From NCBI RefSeq assembly GCF_009914755.1, contig NC_060928.1: a stretch of DNA of 64,000 bases, one strand, 5' to 3'. Source of the stretch: the human T2T-CHM13v2.0 reference genome, Homo sapiens. Of the stretch, positions 46,481 through 61,619 are shown one piece after another (position 1 is the stretch's first letter; each line of letters opens with the position of its first letter). The notes beneath the pieces were generated by a model. It made no database searches and was not told the origin of the DNA. It was given only the letters and a program-made list of their open reading frames with translations. The position numbers and the translations under genes are program-made.

Positions 46481-47489
46481 CCTAATTATATCTTGCATTT
46501 ACAGCTGTGCTTTCATTCCCAGCCACTAGAGCACCAGAATTGCCCTAATGTTGACAAACTCTTAGATTCCCCATTAGCACCTGCTCTAAAGATGCTACTT
46601 TATCCTGTTCTTTGTGTTATATTCCCAGACCTCCCAGGTTAAAATTGCTTACCTGTCATCATGCGTTCCTTATTTAGAGTTCACTTTCCCAATAGTTACA
46701 CCCAGATCCCCTTCTTTTCCCTATCCAGCATTCATCAAATGTTTCTTCCCAGTTCCAGTATAGACCTTCTAGCTTGCCTCTTTCTCCTATTCATAGGTAA
46801 AATCCTTAAATATATATGAGATAGTAACTGTAGCTCAATTCAAGGACCAAAAATGGTCAACCATTAGATCACCTGATCCATCTTTTAGCCTTTAACCTTA
46901 TGAATCTGATCTTGTAGGTACATGTCTATACCTATATTAAATGTATGAATAACATATATACATGAAACTTAGACAAAATAGAATAATATGTTGAAAGCAA
47001 AAGAAAATGTTTCATATGAATATTTGAATGTTAATATAAAGTTTCATTCGTAAAGTACTGACACCTTAACAATGGATTAGAGATCAGTGATAGATTTTAC
47101 AAATTTGGCTTACAAATATAATGTTTATAATGATATTATTTTAATTTTAAGTAAGTACATTTATATTCATAAATATAAAAATCAAACATATACACTTTTA
47201 ATTACTATTCAGCATGGTAGAAAAATATTGCAATTACTAAAGACTAGAATATAATATTCTTAATAGGCTTCAATGTCAATATAATATAGAATTGTTTTAA
47301 ACAGTTCCTTTTTCTGATCTGAAAGTTGACAATAGATTCTTGAAATTAATTAATTTGGATTGACCTTTTTCTCATTTAGCCTGATGGCACCAACAGAAAA
47401 TGAGAAAAGATTGAATACTCAGAATGCTTAGATAATCACATTTCAGGAAAACAAAAACAAAAACAAAAAACATTGTTTAAAGTTCCCCA

Positions 47490-47680
47490 TTGAGCACTTT
47501 TTCTATGTTAATGAGAATTCCCATTTAATTCTCATAACACTTTGAGAAAATATTTATCCCCATTTGAGAAGAACTGAGATTTAGAAGTTCAGTAACTTGT
47601 CTATGATAATACATGTTAATAGTGGATCCAAGAATAAGACTCAGATCTTGCCAACTCACAGAACATTCTGTACCATTCAC
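47490..47680 (-). mobile_element. MIR SINE
   Basis: 'ATCCCCATTTGAGAAGAACTGAGATTTAGAAGTTCAGTAACTTGTC'. Confidence 0.65.
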
Positions 47681-48896
47681 ATCTCCTCAAACATTATGAT
47701 GCCAATGTAAAAAAAAATCTCTTAGTAAAGATAAGCATACTAAGATGTAAATGGGTATGAGAAATGGAAAATGGCAAGATTGTTGATTTCTTCATTATAA
47801 AATAGGAATGATGGCTTTTTGCAATATCACAGTCAAAACCATAAAAAATATTTTATACTTCTGTATTTAATATACTATTTAAACATAGCAATGAAAAAAT
47901 ATTATTTTGACTACATTAGCTTAATTTTAAAAAAGGAATATTTTAATCTAAATTCAATTTGACAGTAAAATAAAAGAGTATTTGAAATTCTGAATACTTA
48001 TATGCCCTGTAAACTTGCTTCTCAGAATGTGCTTCAGTGGCCCACATAGGTAATATTTTTAACTGAATATAACCATATTACATGTGGAAAAGTTTAGAGC
48101 TTGGTAAAAAATCATTTGAAATGTGTAATGTTCAAGCAAGAAATATTTAGTAGGGTACTGTACATTAGAGATGACAGAATATTTACTAATGGCAAAAGAC
48201 AAGCCATGTCTTGGGTTCTTACCTTTCACCTTCTAGCTAGTATCACAGGCACAACAGGATTGTTTTTTTCTACACTGTAGCCAGAGTGTGCATGTTTTTC
48301 ATACAGGGCTATTTTAATATTCATTTATTCACTTTTGGATAATGAAAAATTCTACTAGTCACTCTAGGCAATTTATCAGCATTAATGATAATGCAGCCAG
48401 AGTAGCATGAAAGGAACAAATTAGAACATGGATTTAGGTAATTATATATTGTTCTAGTTTAGCAAAAAAAAAATCATGTTTTAAATCCGAATACCATTAT
48501 TCTTTAGTAAAATAAATCATATTGGATTTCAATACATTGCTAATTGTTCAGGTTTCTTTTTAAGGTAGAATAGTATTTTAACAAAATTTGTTATTGGATA
48601 TTTATAGTTGTACTGAACAGCTCTTATTATATAGTTCCCTAGATTAGTCTATTTAAAGGCGTTTGAGGAAACTAAGCTTTCATTTAAAAATTCTGAAGCA
48701 AATTTGATCAGTACATCTATTGAATAGCATCTTGAATCTCCGAGGATGTGATCTAACAGAATCCCAAAACTAGGTTCCTTAACAGCAGAGTCTATGAATT
48801 ATGAAAATTGATGACAGATAGATCTATAGATGATAGAGATGCAAATATGGAGATATATATAAACATATATTATGAAATACATATATACATTTTTTT

Positions 48897-49294
48897 TGTT
48901 ATGGACTGATTTGTGTCCCCAAAATTCATATTTGAAGTCATAACCCACAGTAGCTTAGAATGTGAATACTTAGAGATAGGGCCTTAGGGAAGTATTTAAC
49001 ATTAAATTAAGTCATTTAAATGAAAGTACGCCCTAATCCAACATGACTGGTGTCCTTGTAAGAAGACGGAAAACATGCACCGAGAAAAGGCCATTTGAGG
49101 GCACAGTGAGAAGGCAGCCATCTGCATCCATTGGAGAGGACAGAGGCCTCCAGTGAAACCAGACCTGCTGACACCTTGATTTTAGAATCCCAGCCTCCAT
49201 AATTGTGTGAAAATAAATTTCTCAGTTTCTCACATGGCATTTAAGCCACCCAGTCTGTGGTATTTTGTTGTGGCTGCCTTTAGCAAACTAACGT
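48897..49294 (+). mobile_element. MLT1B/C-type MaLR solo LTR
   Basis: Starts TGTTATGGACTGATTTGTGTCCCCAAAATTCATAT; ends TTAAGCCACCCAGTCTGTGGTATTTTGTT..GCAAACTAAC. Confidence 0.9.
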
Positions 49295-49921
49295 ATTGCC
49301 TTATGATCTATTGAAAGGTTCAAGTAAAAAAAAATAAAGAAAATTTAATAGGGCTTCAAGAAGTTAGGAGTTGTCAAATATTCTTTTTATTTTCTTCTTC
49401 TCTTGCTTTTGTTAATAAAGAATTTCTGGGGTAGAAAAACAACATTTTTTCTCACTAATTTGTGTGATTTCCAGCAGTTCATTATTAGAAACCAATTATT
49501 TTAATGCAAGAAGAACTCTTTTTTACACTATTTGTGGAGAGCAAATTATATAAAATTGACATACCTCCCTAAAAGTGGCCTTAAAAATGTTCATGTATTT
49601 TTACTGAATTCTTCTTTTAGAAATTATTTTAAGTAAACAATGCAGTTGCTTAAAGTTTTCTGTAAATAGGTGCTGATCACAACATAGTTCATAGAAGTGA
49701 ACAACTAAAAATAACATTGTTTCCAAATTGAAGTATTCCCATAAATTGTGATTTTTTTTGTATCTATAAATATAATAACAGATATGTATTTTTAACATGG
49801 AACTGCCTGGTAATAGAGAAAATAAAAATTCTTTAAGAGACATGTAATAAAAAGCAGCAGTTCTAGAATAACACAGTAAAGGCATCTGAAAATCTGCTAT
49901 TCCATAAAAGCAACAAGGATA

Positions 49922-50269
<348 letters not shown>

Positions 50270-52643
50270 TTAAATTCTGGAAATCCACCAAAGGCTTTCG
50301 ATACCACGGAGTGTTTATTAGGGGTAAATGGTTGAATCTCAGTTCTAACAGCAAACATTGTGTTATTTTAACTTGCCCACTTTCTCTACCTCATGTGCAG
50401 TTGCCTTGCTATCCGGTGACCTTGCAACAAAGACATCTGTGTAAAAGATCACCTTTGTAGCCACTAAGGGGGCCTTATCTATGTGGAGCTACCCCCAAAA
50501 GCCTCATTCCCAGAGTTTTATCAATATTTGAATTGTCTACCAGCTCCCTAGAACAGGGCCATTTACAAGACTTGTTTTTATTTGAACTCAGGGCTTACTC
50601 ATTGCAAAAAGCCCTATCCTATCCACAGGACATTTGACAGAAACAATCAATTGTTTAATATTTCAGTTGCTTGAGGCAGTGATACAAGTTGGGGAAAATG
50701 AGTCTGACCAAAATCTTAAATGGAAAATCTGGGAGATGATATGTCTACAGAGGCCTTTAAAAAGGCTTCTTATAAATTCTCTGGAACCTAGAAAGCCACA
50801 ACAAGTGCAGGGGTGTGCCCATATTCAAGGCTGTGTGTATGCCCAAGAAAGACCTGACAAGGCCCTGTTTTCTCACCTCTGGGTGACCTTGAGTTTCTGC
50901 ATAGGTAGGAAGGAAAAGCTAAGGCTGACTGCAAACCATCAGATCGTTGAAGACATGCCCCCAATACATACACAAAACCAATTGGCAAAAGCCGGGAGAC
51001 TTATTGGCCAATACATTCAAGATAATCTTTGTTTAATTGTAAGTTGATCACTATTGTAATCCACCAGGGACTTCAGTGAACTACAGATGACAAGAATAAA
51101 GACTTTTCAGAATATTTCATTAAAAAAAGATGACACCAAAATCAATGAACTGCAACAACAAGCCATGTGAAAGAGAAGAATCTGATTTTTAGAGTTTCTA
51201 CATTATATGAAAATGTCCAATTGCCAAAAAATGTAAAAGACGTGAGAAGACACAAGAAAGTGTGACTCATAAGAGAGGGAAAAAATAGTCAAAAGAACCT
51301 ATTTTATGTATTTAAGAAGTGATGGAAGCCATGTCTAAAGAACTAAACGAAAGTGCTTTTTTTCCTGAATAAAGAAATCAGCAAAGAGATAGGAAATATT
51401 TTTAAGTACCAAATAGAAATTCTGGAGTTGAAAAGTATAGTAACTGAAATGAAAGTACCTTCATGGACTCAACAGTATATTTGAGCAGGCAAATAAATAA
51501 TCAGTTAAATTTAAGATAGATTCATAGAGATTATCCAATCTGATAAAGAGAAAAATAAAAGAATGAATAAAAATGAACAGAGACTCAGAAACCTGTAAAA
51601 ACGCTGTGAAGTGTATCAACATACACATGAGATTTAAGAAGGAGTGAAGAGAAAGTGGCAGAAAGACTATTTGAAGATATGATGGCCAGAATTTTCTTAA
51701 ATGTTATGAAAAACATTGATCTGCCTAAGAAACTTGAAGTCCATGTGGTATAATTTAAAGAGATGCATATTTCAACACATAGTAGTTGAACTGTTGAAAG
51801 ACAAAGAAAAAAAAATGTGAAGACAGCAAGAGAAGAGCCACTCATCACACAAAAGTCTCCTCAAAAAGATGGCTGACTTCTTATCAAAAGCAGGGAGGCC
51901 AGAAGAAAGTGGGATGATATATTCAGTACTGAAACAAAGGATAAAAGCTGCCAATATTTCTTATCCAACCAAACTGTCTTTCAAAAATGAAAGAGAAATT
52001 GAGATGTTCCCAGATAAACAAAAACTGCGCGAATTCATTGCTAGGAAACCTGCCTTATAAGAAATTTTAAAGAAAGTCCTTCAGACTGAAAGAGAAGGAC
52101 AATAAATCGCCAATTGAATCCGTGGAAGGGATAAAGAGCAACTGTATAACTACACAGGAAAATATGAAAACTTATACATTTATTTTTATTTATTACTCTT
52201 ATCTGATATCAAATACAATTGCAGAAAGCAATAGTTGTAAAACTATATTGATGTATGTTCATGGGTCAATAGGCTTAATATTGTTAAGATGATAATATAA
52301 TCCAGATTGACCTACAGATTCATCACAATTCCTATCAAAATCCCAGCTAGCTTCTCTGAAGAAATTGACAAGTTGATCCTAAATTTCACATGGAAATACA
52401 AAGTACATAAAATATCCAAAATAATCTTGAAAATGAAAAACAAAATTGGATAACCTGCACTTTTCAATTTCAAAATTTATTATGAAGCTAAAATAATCAA
52501 GGGAGTGTGGTACTGGCATAAGGTCAGAGAGATTGATAAATTAAATAGAATTGAGAATCCAAAACTAAACCCTAATATTTATGACCAATTGATTTTCAAC
52601 AAGTGTGCCAATACATCTCAATGGTAAAAGGAAAGTCATTTTG

Positions 52644-53004
<361 letters not shown>

Positions 53005-56000
53005 CTACCTCACAACATATACAAAAATAACTTAAACTGGATTATAGACCTAAATGTAATAGCTAATACTACAAAATTTTTATAAAAAAATAAATGAGTA
53101 AATCCAATAATGGTTAGTGATGGTTTCTTAGATACAACACCTAAAGCACAATAAACAACTATAACAATATAAATTGGATTTCAACAAAATTAAGAATTTG
53201 TTCTTCGAGGTGATGCCAGCAAGATGATAAAATAGAAGTTTTCAGCCCTTATTCCACCCTAAGAAACATATTTTTTCACAATCTCCCATGGACAAAAGCA
53301 CTGTTATGAGAACCTGGGAGTCCACTGGAAAAGTGCCAGCAGCCCAATGGGATAAATAATCCAAAAATAGACACACTGAAAAAAGTAAGAAGAACAGTTT
53401 TACTTTATCAGCATCACCCCTTTTCCCAAGGCAGTAAAGCTCAGTGCCAAGAGAGACCCTCTTAATCCATGATTTCTCTAACGGAGAAAACTGAAAGCGT
53501 AGTGAATTCCTACCTTCCTTAATCATGTGGAATGCTGTCTAAGAGGCATGCCCCTTCCAAACCTCACAGATAACATGAGAACAGTAGGTGTAAGTATCCT
53601 GCAGATATTTAAGAGTAGAAAAAAGAAAGATAGGCTCACAGACACCAGAGAACAGAACTTAAAATAATATGTTAAAATATTAACATAAAATAATAATAAT
53701 AATAATAAAAGAACCAAAATAGTATGTCGAAAGAACTTTAAAAAAGAGCCAAGAACTCCACCAAAAGGTTCACTTATGAAGCTTGTGATATGCATCCCTT
53801 GCAGATTTCCTCAACTAACCCACACATGCCCCCAGCATTCATCCCTTCCTTAGCAGGTGCTCCATGTGTGCCCCCACAGATAGCACATGCAAACCTCTGA
53901 AGACTGTACTGTAGCACATATAGTCACCTTGACAGACTGCTGGACTGGGAGAAAGCACAGAACCTAAGCACTTCAGAGCAAACTGCCCTAGGGAGAAAAT
54001 AAACAGGGGACTCTCAGCACCCAACATGGCTTTGTAGAATTGAGAGAAGACATACAATACTTAAACTTTTCCTCAAGAGGGAACAGGAGGAGTGGAACAG
54101 GTACATCCATAGAAAAGGTCTGGGAGACCCTAAGAATCCATATCCAGGCTGATTGGTGAAGGTATTTCTCTCCAGAGATGATAAATTATACAGGAAGTTA
54201 CATCTTCACCAAATGAAAAGACTGTAATGAAAGACTGCATTGAACACAAAAACTCAAGGAAACATAACACTATGACAGAACATAATAGTTTTCCACTAAC
54301 CAACCTGAAAATATTAGAGATCTATGAAATATCTAAAAAAAAATCAAAATAATTGTTTTAAGGAAGCTCAAGATGCTACAGAAACACAGAAAAATGAACA
54401 AAAAGAAGAAAAACAATATATGAACAAAATGTAAAGTTCAACAAAGAGACAGAAATTATTTAAAAAAACAAATACAGGACTGAAGACAATAAATGGAATA
54501 AAAATTGAAATAGTCTTTCATGAGCAGACTCAAGCAGAAGAAAGCATCTGTGAATGTAAAGACAGGTCATTTGAAATCATCCAGTCAGAGGATATAAAAA
54601 AAGAACACAAAAGAGTTAAGTAAGCCAGTGAGATCTATGGGACACAATTAAATGAAACAGTATACACATTATGTAAGTGTCTGAAGATAACAAAAGGAAA
54701 AGAGAGCTTATTTAAAGATATAATAACTGAAAATGTGCCAAATCTTGAGAGGGATATGAACATCCACGTTCATGAAGTTAAAAGATTTCTAAAACAGAAT
54801 AACTTCAAAAAGAATATACCAAGACACACGATAAAAATATTATGAAAAGTAAAGGACAAAGAAAGAATTTTGAAAATAGCAAGACAAAAGCCACTTGTTA
54901 TAAGCAAGGAAACCCCATTAAGCTATTAGATGATTTCTCAGCAGAAAGCTTCCAGTCTAGGAGAGTGAGATAATATATTCAAAATTCTGAAAGAAAAAGA
55001 CTGCCAACCAAGATACTACACCCACAAAAACTGTCCTTAAGAAATAAAGAAGAGATAAACACTTTCCCAGATGAACAAAATGACAATCTATAAAATGTCT
55101 AACAAAAATTTAGAGGGAATTTATTAACATTAGACATGCCTTAAAAAATGGTAAAGGGAGTTCTTCAAGATGAAGCAAAATATGCTGTTTGGTAAGAGGA
55201 ACATATGAAAGCGTAAAACTCACTGGCAAAGGTAAATATATAGTTAATGTCATAATTATCTGATGCAGCAGTGGTAGTGTGTAAACTACTTGTAATTCTA
55301 ATCTAAAGGTAAAAGACAAAAGTGTTTAAAATGATTAGAATGAAAATAATATGTTGAAAGTTATACAATATAAAAAGAAGAACCTCTAGCAGATACACAT
55401 AAGAAATAAAAAAAACCTCTAGTAAATATACATAGATAAAGATAAAGAAATCAAGTTATACCACCGCAAAAAAAAAATCATAAAATTACAAAGGAATATG
55501 ACAAGAGAAGAAGAAAGAAACAAAGAAACTGCAAAATGTTCAGAACAACAAGATGGTAATTTTCCAAATCTAGTCATTACCTATATAATTATTGAAAATA
55601 TAAATGGATTAAGCTTTCCAGTAAAAATAGATAGAGTGGGTGAATGGATTAAAACACACGATCAAACAGTGTGCTTCCTACAAGAGACTTGCTTTAGCTT
55701 TAACAACAGACATAGACAGGAAATGAAGGAATACAAAAAATATGCCATGCAAATGGTAACCAAAAGACAGTAAGGGTGAGTATAATTATATTAGACAAAA
55801 CGAACATCAAGTGAGAAATTGTCACAAAAAACCAAGAATGTCATTATATAATGAGAAAAGGTCATTTCATTAAGTGGATATAGCAAGTGAAAAAAATATA
55901 TGCATCTAACATACAGCACCCAAATATATAAAGCAAACATTAACAAAACTGAAAGAAGAAATAGACAGAAATACAATAGTAGAAGATAGATACTATGTTA

Positions 56001-56596
56001 TCAACATTGAATATATCATCTCTATAGAAAATTAAATAAGGAAACAACAGACATGAATAACATTATAGACCACATGGGCTCGACAGACATTTTATCCAAC
56101 AGCAGCAGAATGCACATTTTTCTCAAGCACACCTATGACATCTTTCAAGACAGATTATATGTTTAGTCATAAAACAAGTCTTAACAAATTTAACAAGGCT
56201 GAAATCATAGAATTATTTCTGACCACAATGGTATTAAACTAGAAATCAATAAGAAGAAGAAAAATCACAAAATTTAAAATGTGTGGAAATTAAACACACT
56301 CCTAAATAATGAGTTGAATCTAAAGGGAAATAACTTGAGAGAAAGGAAAATAGTAACACTACATACCAACATTTAGGACATGAATACAGTGAAAAAAAAT
56401 TACTAAAAGAAATTTTATATCAATAAATGCCCATGTTAAGAGAAAAAGGCCTCAAATAAACCACCTAACTATATACCTCAAAGAATTAGAAAAAGAAGAA
56501 CAAACTAAGCTCAAAGTTAGCAGAAGGAAGGAAATAGTAAATATTACAGCAGAAGTAAAGTAGAGGCTAGAAAAATAATAAAAAAGATCAACAAAA

Positions 56597-56978
56597 TGGT
56601 ATTTGTTCTCATACTATGATAAAGACATACTTGAGACCGCATTATTTATGGGGAAAAGAAGTTTAATTGACTCACAGTTCCACAGGCTGTACAGGAGGCA
56701 TGGCTAGGGAGGCCTCAGGAAACTTAGAATCATGGTGGAAGGTGAAGAGGAAGCATGCACCATCTTCACATGGCAGAGCAGGAGAGAGAGAGCAAAGTTG
56801 GAAGTGCTACACACTTTTAAACAACCAGATCTCTTGAGAACTCACTCACTATCACAAGAATAGCAAGGGAGAAATCCACCCCCATGGTCCAATCATCTTC
56901 CACCAAGCCCCTCTTCCAACCTTGGGGATTACAATTGAACATGAGATTTGGGTGGGGAAAGAAAAGCAAACCATATCA
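56597..56978 (-). mobile_element. MSTA-type MaLR solo LTR
   Basis: 'GTTTAATTGACTCACAGTTCCACAGGCTGTACAGGAGGCATGG...CATGAGATTTGGGTGGGG..AAACCATATCA'. Confidence 0.92.
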
Positions 56979-59762
56979 GAGATTGAATCAATAATCCAAA
57001 GCCTTTCAGCAAAGAAAAGCCTGCAACCAGATGGTTTTACTAGTGAATTCCACAAACATTTAAAAAATAATAAATGCCAATACTTTTCAAGCTCCTCCAA
57101 AAAAATTGAAAAGGACAGTATGCTTCAAAACTCATATTACAAGGCCCAAATTACCCTGAATATCAAACCTTACAAGTATTCTACGAGAAAAGACAACCAC
57201 AGGCAAATATCCCTGATGAACATAGATGTAAAAGTCCTTTCCAAAATAACAGAATACAGTACATGAAAGGATTACACTCCATGGTAAAGTGGGATTTAAC
57301 CGTGGGATGTAAGGATGATTCAATATATCAAAAATAATGTCATACAACACATGAACAGAATGAAGAATAAAAACATATAATCTCAATAAATGCAGAAAAA
57401 GAAATTGATGAAATTCAACACCTTCTCATGATAAATACTATCAATATATTGGATAAAGAAAGAATGTACCTCAACATAACAAAGGCTGTATGTGAAACAC
57501 CCACAGAAAACATTAAACAGTGAAAAGCTCTATGCTTTTCCTCTAAGATCAGCAACAAGACAAAGGTTTCTACTCTTACCACTTCTATTCAACATAATGC
57601 TGTATGTCCTATCCAGAGCAATTAAACAAGAAAAAGAAAGAAAGACAACCAAATTAGGAAGAAGAAAAATTGTCTCTGTTTGCAGATCACATGATATTAT
57701 ATGAAGAAAACCCTAAAGATGCCACCCAAAACTATTAGAACTAATAAATAAATTCAATAAAGTAACAGGATATAAAATCAACATTAAAAATCAATATTAT
57801 ACATATATCAAATTACTTTGTTGTACACCTTAAGTTTATACAATTTTTATACATTAACAATTAGATATCCAAAATGAAATTAAGACAGCAACACCATTTA
57901 AAATATCATAAGAAATAAAAAAAACTTAAGAATAAATTTAACCAACAAAGTGAAAGATCTGTGCACTTGAAACTATAAAACGCTGATGAAAGAAATTGAA
58001 GATGACATAAATAAATGAAGATATCCCATGTTAATGGATTGGAAAAAATAATATTCTTAAAATACCTGTAGTACACAAGGTGATAAAATTCAACTCATTC
58101 TTTACCAAAATCTCTTATTTTTTGCAGAAACAGAAAAAAAATTCTGAAATTCATATGGAATCATAACAGGTACAGAATACCCAAAGCAATCTTGAGTAAG
58201 AAGAAAGCTGGAGGCATCACAATTCCTGATCTCAAAATATATTATTAAAATAAAGTAATCAAAACTGTATAGTACTGTGGAAACAGATGTGTAAAAGAAT
58301 GTAACAGAATAGAGAGTGCAGAGGTAATTCTCCACATTTGTAGTCAACTGATCTTTGACAAAAGTCCCAAAAGCATACAATGGGGGGACGAAGGAATAGT
58401 CTCTTCAATAAATAATGTTGAGAGAACTGGATATCCATATGTAGAAGAAAGAAACTGGACCATTATCTCACACTATATATAAAAGTCAACTCAAAGTGGA
58501 TTAAATACTTAGACATAATACCTGAAACTATAAAACTGCTAGAAGAAATATAGAGGAATGCTGCTTGACATTTGGCTGGGCAATGATTTTGGGACATGAC
58601 CCCTAAAGTACAGACAATAAAAACAGAAATAGACAAGTAGGTTTTTTCATCACAGCAAAAAGTTTGTGTACTAGCAAAGAAAACAATCAACAAAGTAAAA
58701 TAACAGCCTAAGGAATGGGAAGAAGAAAATGTTTGCAAGCTATCCATCCCATAAGGGGTGAATATCTACAATATATGATACTCAAGTAATTCAATAGAAG
58801 AAAACAAATAACCTGATTAAAAATTGGGCAAAAGGCTCAGTCATTTCTCCAAATAAGATGTATGAAAGGCCAACTGTTATATGAAAAGGTGCTCAACATC
58901 ACTAATCACCAGGAAAATACAATCATAAGCACAATGAGTTATCACTTAACACATGTTAAGATAACTGCTGTCAAAATGACAAAACATGACAGGTGTTGAA
59001 GAAGTTGTAGAGAAAAAGCAACCCTTGTACAGTTGGTGGGAATGTAAGTTGTTACTGCCATTATGAAAAACAGTATGGAGATTCCTCCAAAAGTTAGACT
59101 AGAACTATCAAATAAACCAGCAATCTTACTTCTGGGTATATATCCAAAGGAAAGGAAATAAGTACGTCAAAGAGATATCTGCATTTCCATATTCATTGCA
59201 GCATTATTAGCAATAACCAAAGCATGGAAACAACGTAAATATCTGCCCGTGGATGAATGGATAAAGAAACTGTGAGATACAGAAACAGACAAACGCATAC
59301 ATACACACACCAACACACACACACTCCAGTGGAATATCATTCAGTCATAAAAAAGAAGAAAATCCTGTCATTGTAACAACATGAATGAACGAGAATGTGT
59401 TCCTGGTCCATTCATGCTAAGTGAAGTAAGCCAGACACAGAAAGATAAATACTGCATGATCTCACTCATATGGAAAATCTAAAAATCACGATCTCATAAA
59501 AGCAGAAAGTAGAATGGTGGTTTTCAGGGGCTGGGATACGTAGGAAATGATGAGGCATTTGAATAAACGGTAGAAAGCTTTAGTTATGCAGGATAAATCA
59601 GTTCTAGAGATGTAATTTGCAGCAATGTGACAAGATTTAACAATACTGTATTGTATACTTGATATTTGCTAACAGTAGATTTTAAGTGTTCTCAATATCT
59701 ACAAAAAAGTATGTGGGGTGATGTATATGTTAATTATCTTGATTGTGGTAACAATTTCACAA

Positions 59763-59866
59763 TACATATATCAAAACATTACATTGTATACATATCTCAA
59801 AACATTACATTGTATACATATCTCAAAACATTACATTGTATACATATCTCAAAACATTACATTATA
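59763..59866. repeat. 26-bp minisatellite, 4 copies
   Basis: Unit TACATATCTCAAAACATTACATTGTA; the two middle copies are identical. Confidence 0.95.
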
Positions 59867-59918
59867 AACTAAAATTATGCAATTTTTATTTTTTCAATTA
59901 CAACTCAATAAAGCTGGG

Positions 59919-61015
59919 AGAATTGTGCTTGAAAAAAAAGAAAAAGGCTTTCAAGAAAGTGAAAATACAGCCTCCAGAATGGAAGAACATATTTGTAAAT
60001 CATGTGTTTGATAAAAGACTCATATTCAAAATACATAAAACATATTTTTCTCTAAATAAGATACACAAATTGCCGATAAATGCATGACAAGAGTCTCAGC
60101 ACCTTTACCCATTAGGGGTATGCAAGTCAGAACCACAGTGAAATACTTCATAACCATAGGATAGTTAAAATAATAATAATAAAAAAAGATAGGCAAGTAC
60201 AACTTTTGGCAGGTATGTGGAGAAATCCCTCCTACTTCACTGATATGATTATATAATAGTATAGTCACTTTAGAAAACAGTAAGATGCTTTCTTAATCTA
60301 TTAAACATAGAATTACCAAATGACCTACCAGTTCCACACTTCAGTGTATACCCAATATATAAAAACTTATGTTCACACAAAAACTTGTATTCAAATGTAC
60401 ATAGCAGCATTATTAGTAGCCAAATGTGGAAATAATACAAAATATACATGAACTGATGAATCCATAAAGCAAAGTGTTATATCCACATGATGGAATATTA
60501 TTCAGCCTTAACATGTAGTGAAATACTGATCTATTTTACAATATAGATCTACCTTGGAAAATATATGTTTAGTAAAAGAAGCTCATCACAAAACATCACT
60601 TATTGTATGATTCAATTTATATGAAATGTTCAGAATAGGCAAATTTATGGAGACAGAAAGTATATTTGCATTTATCAGGGGTTAAGAGAAGGGAGAGTAG
60701 GAAATGAGTGCTGATGGGTATTGGGTTTATTTTTCAGATGAGGAAAATTTCTTAGAATTAGATAGCGGTTATGTTGAACAATTCTGCAAATATACTAAGG
60801 AAACACAGAATTGTATAATTTGAAATTGAGATATATGGATATGTTAATTTGCTTGTCTATGCTAACCATTTTACTATCTATTGTACATAAAAACTTCATA
60901 TTGTGCACCTTAAATATATACAATAATTTTTTTCTAAATAATAAAAGAATGAAAGAACTGAAAGAGTGAATTTTATGGTATGTGATTTATATCTCAGTAA
61001 AGCTGTTATAAAAGA
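59919..61015 (+). mobile_element. Resumed host L1MB-like ORF2 end and 3'UTR, with a short L1MA 3' fragment inserted at ~60826-60945
   Basis: 'AAGAAAGTGAAAATACAGCCTCCAGAATGGAAGAACATATTTGTAAATCAT' continues the host ORF2; it ends TATGGTATGTGATTTATATCTCAGTAAAGCTGTT. Confidence 0.8.
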
Positions 61016-61619
61016 AACAGATACCTAATGAGTAATGAAACTGTCAAACACGGAAACAGAGTCTCTAAGTAATTTGCTCACTAGTTACTGCAACTTCTCT
61101 CTGCCAGGCCATTATATTATTAGTAGTAGTATGGTTATCATTGTCATTGTTATTTTTGTTGCTAAACAGATGAAAATCCAGTTACTATGTAAGGATATTG
61201 CAACATCACATTATTACCAATGTGTTTTTACCTTATTAGCAATGTGTTTGTTTAAAACAAAGAGATATCCTATGTATATTTGTAACAATATTTGAAAGTA
61301 ACCCATTTTTTCTAATACAAAATACTCATTATATTAATTATTATAAATTAGAATGATGTTATTTATTGTTATTATATTCCCAAAGCTCTAGAATGTTAAA
61401 TGATGAAAAGAGACCTTTACTGGGAATTTAGAGTGGGTAACATGTCTAAATCTAATTTTGCCTTTTATTAATTGTGTGACCTTAACTTCTCATTTAACTC
61501 CCTTTGTACTGGTGACTTCATTTTAAAAAGTCAGAGGTTTATCTCCGAAATTGGTTCAGTTTGCTCTAATTTTTATTTTTTGTGTTACAAGCATAATTAG
61601 TATAGAAAAGCCAATTAAC

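Larger units (their letters stand above)
53207..59918 (+). mobile_element. Near-full-length old L1 (L1MA9/10-like 3' end), nested in the L1MB-like host
   Basis: 5' end GAGGTGATGCCAGCAAGATG. ORF1, EN (NINGLSFPVK..CFLQET) and RT remnants follow in order. 3' end CTCAATAAAGCTGG. Degenerate TSD AGAATTTGTTCTT (53193) / AGAATTGTGCTT (59919). Confidence 0.85.

Noticed and set aside
59763-59866. CRISPR-like array
   Set aside because: Head-to-tail repeats with no spacers, in primate DNA; it is a minisatellite.
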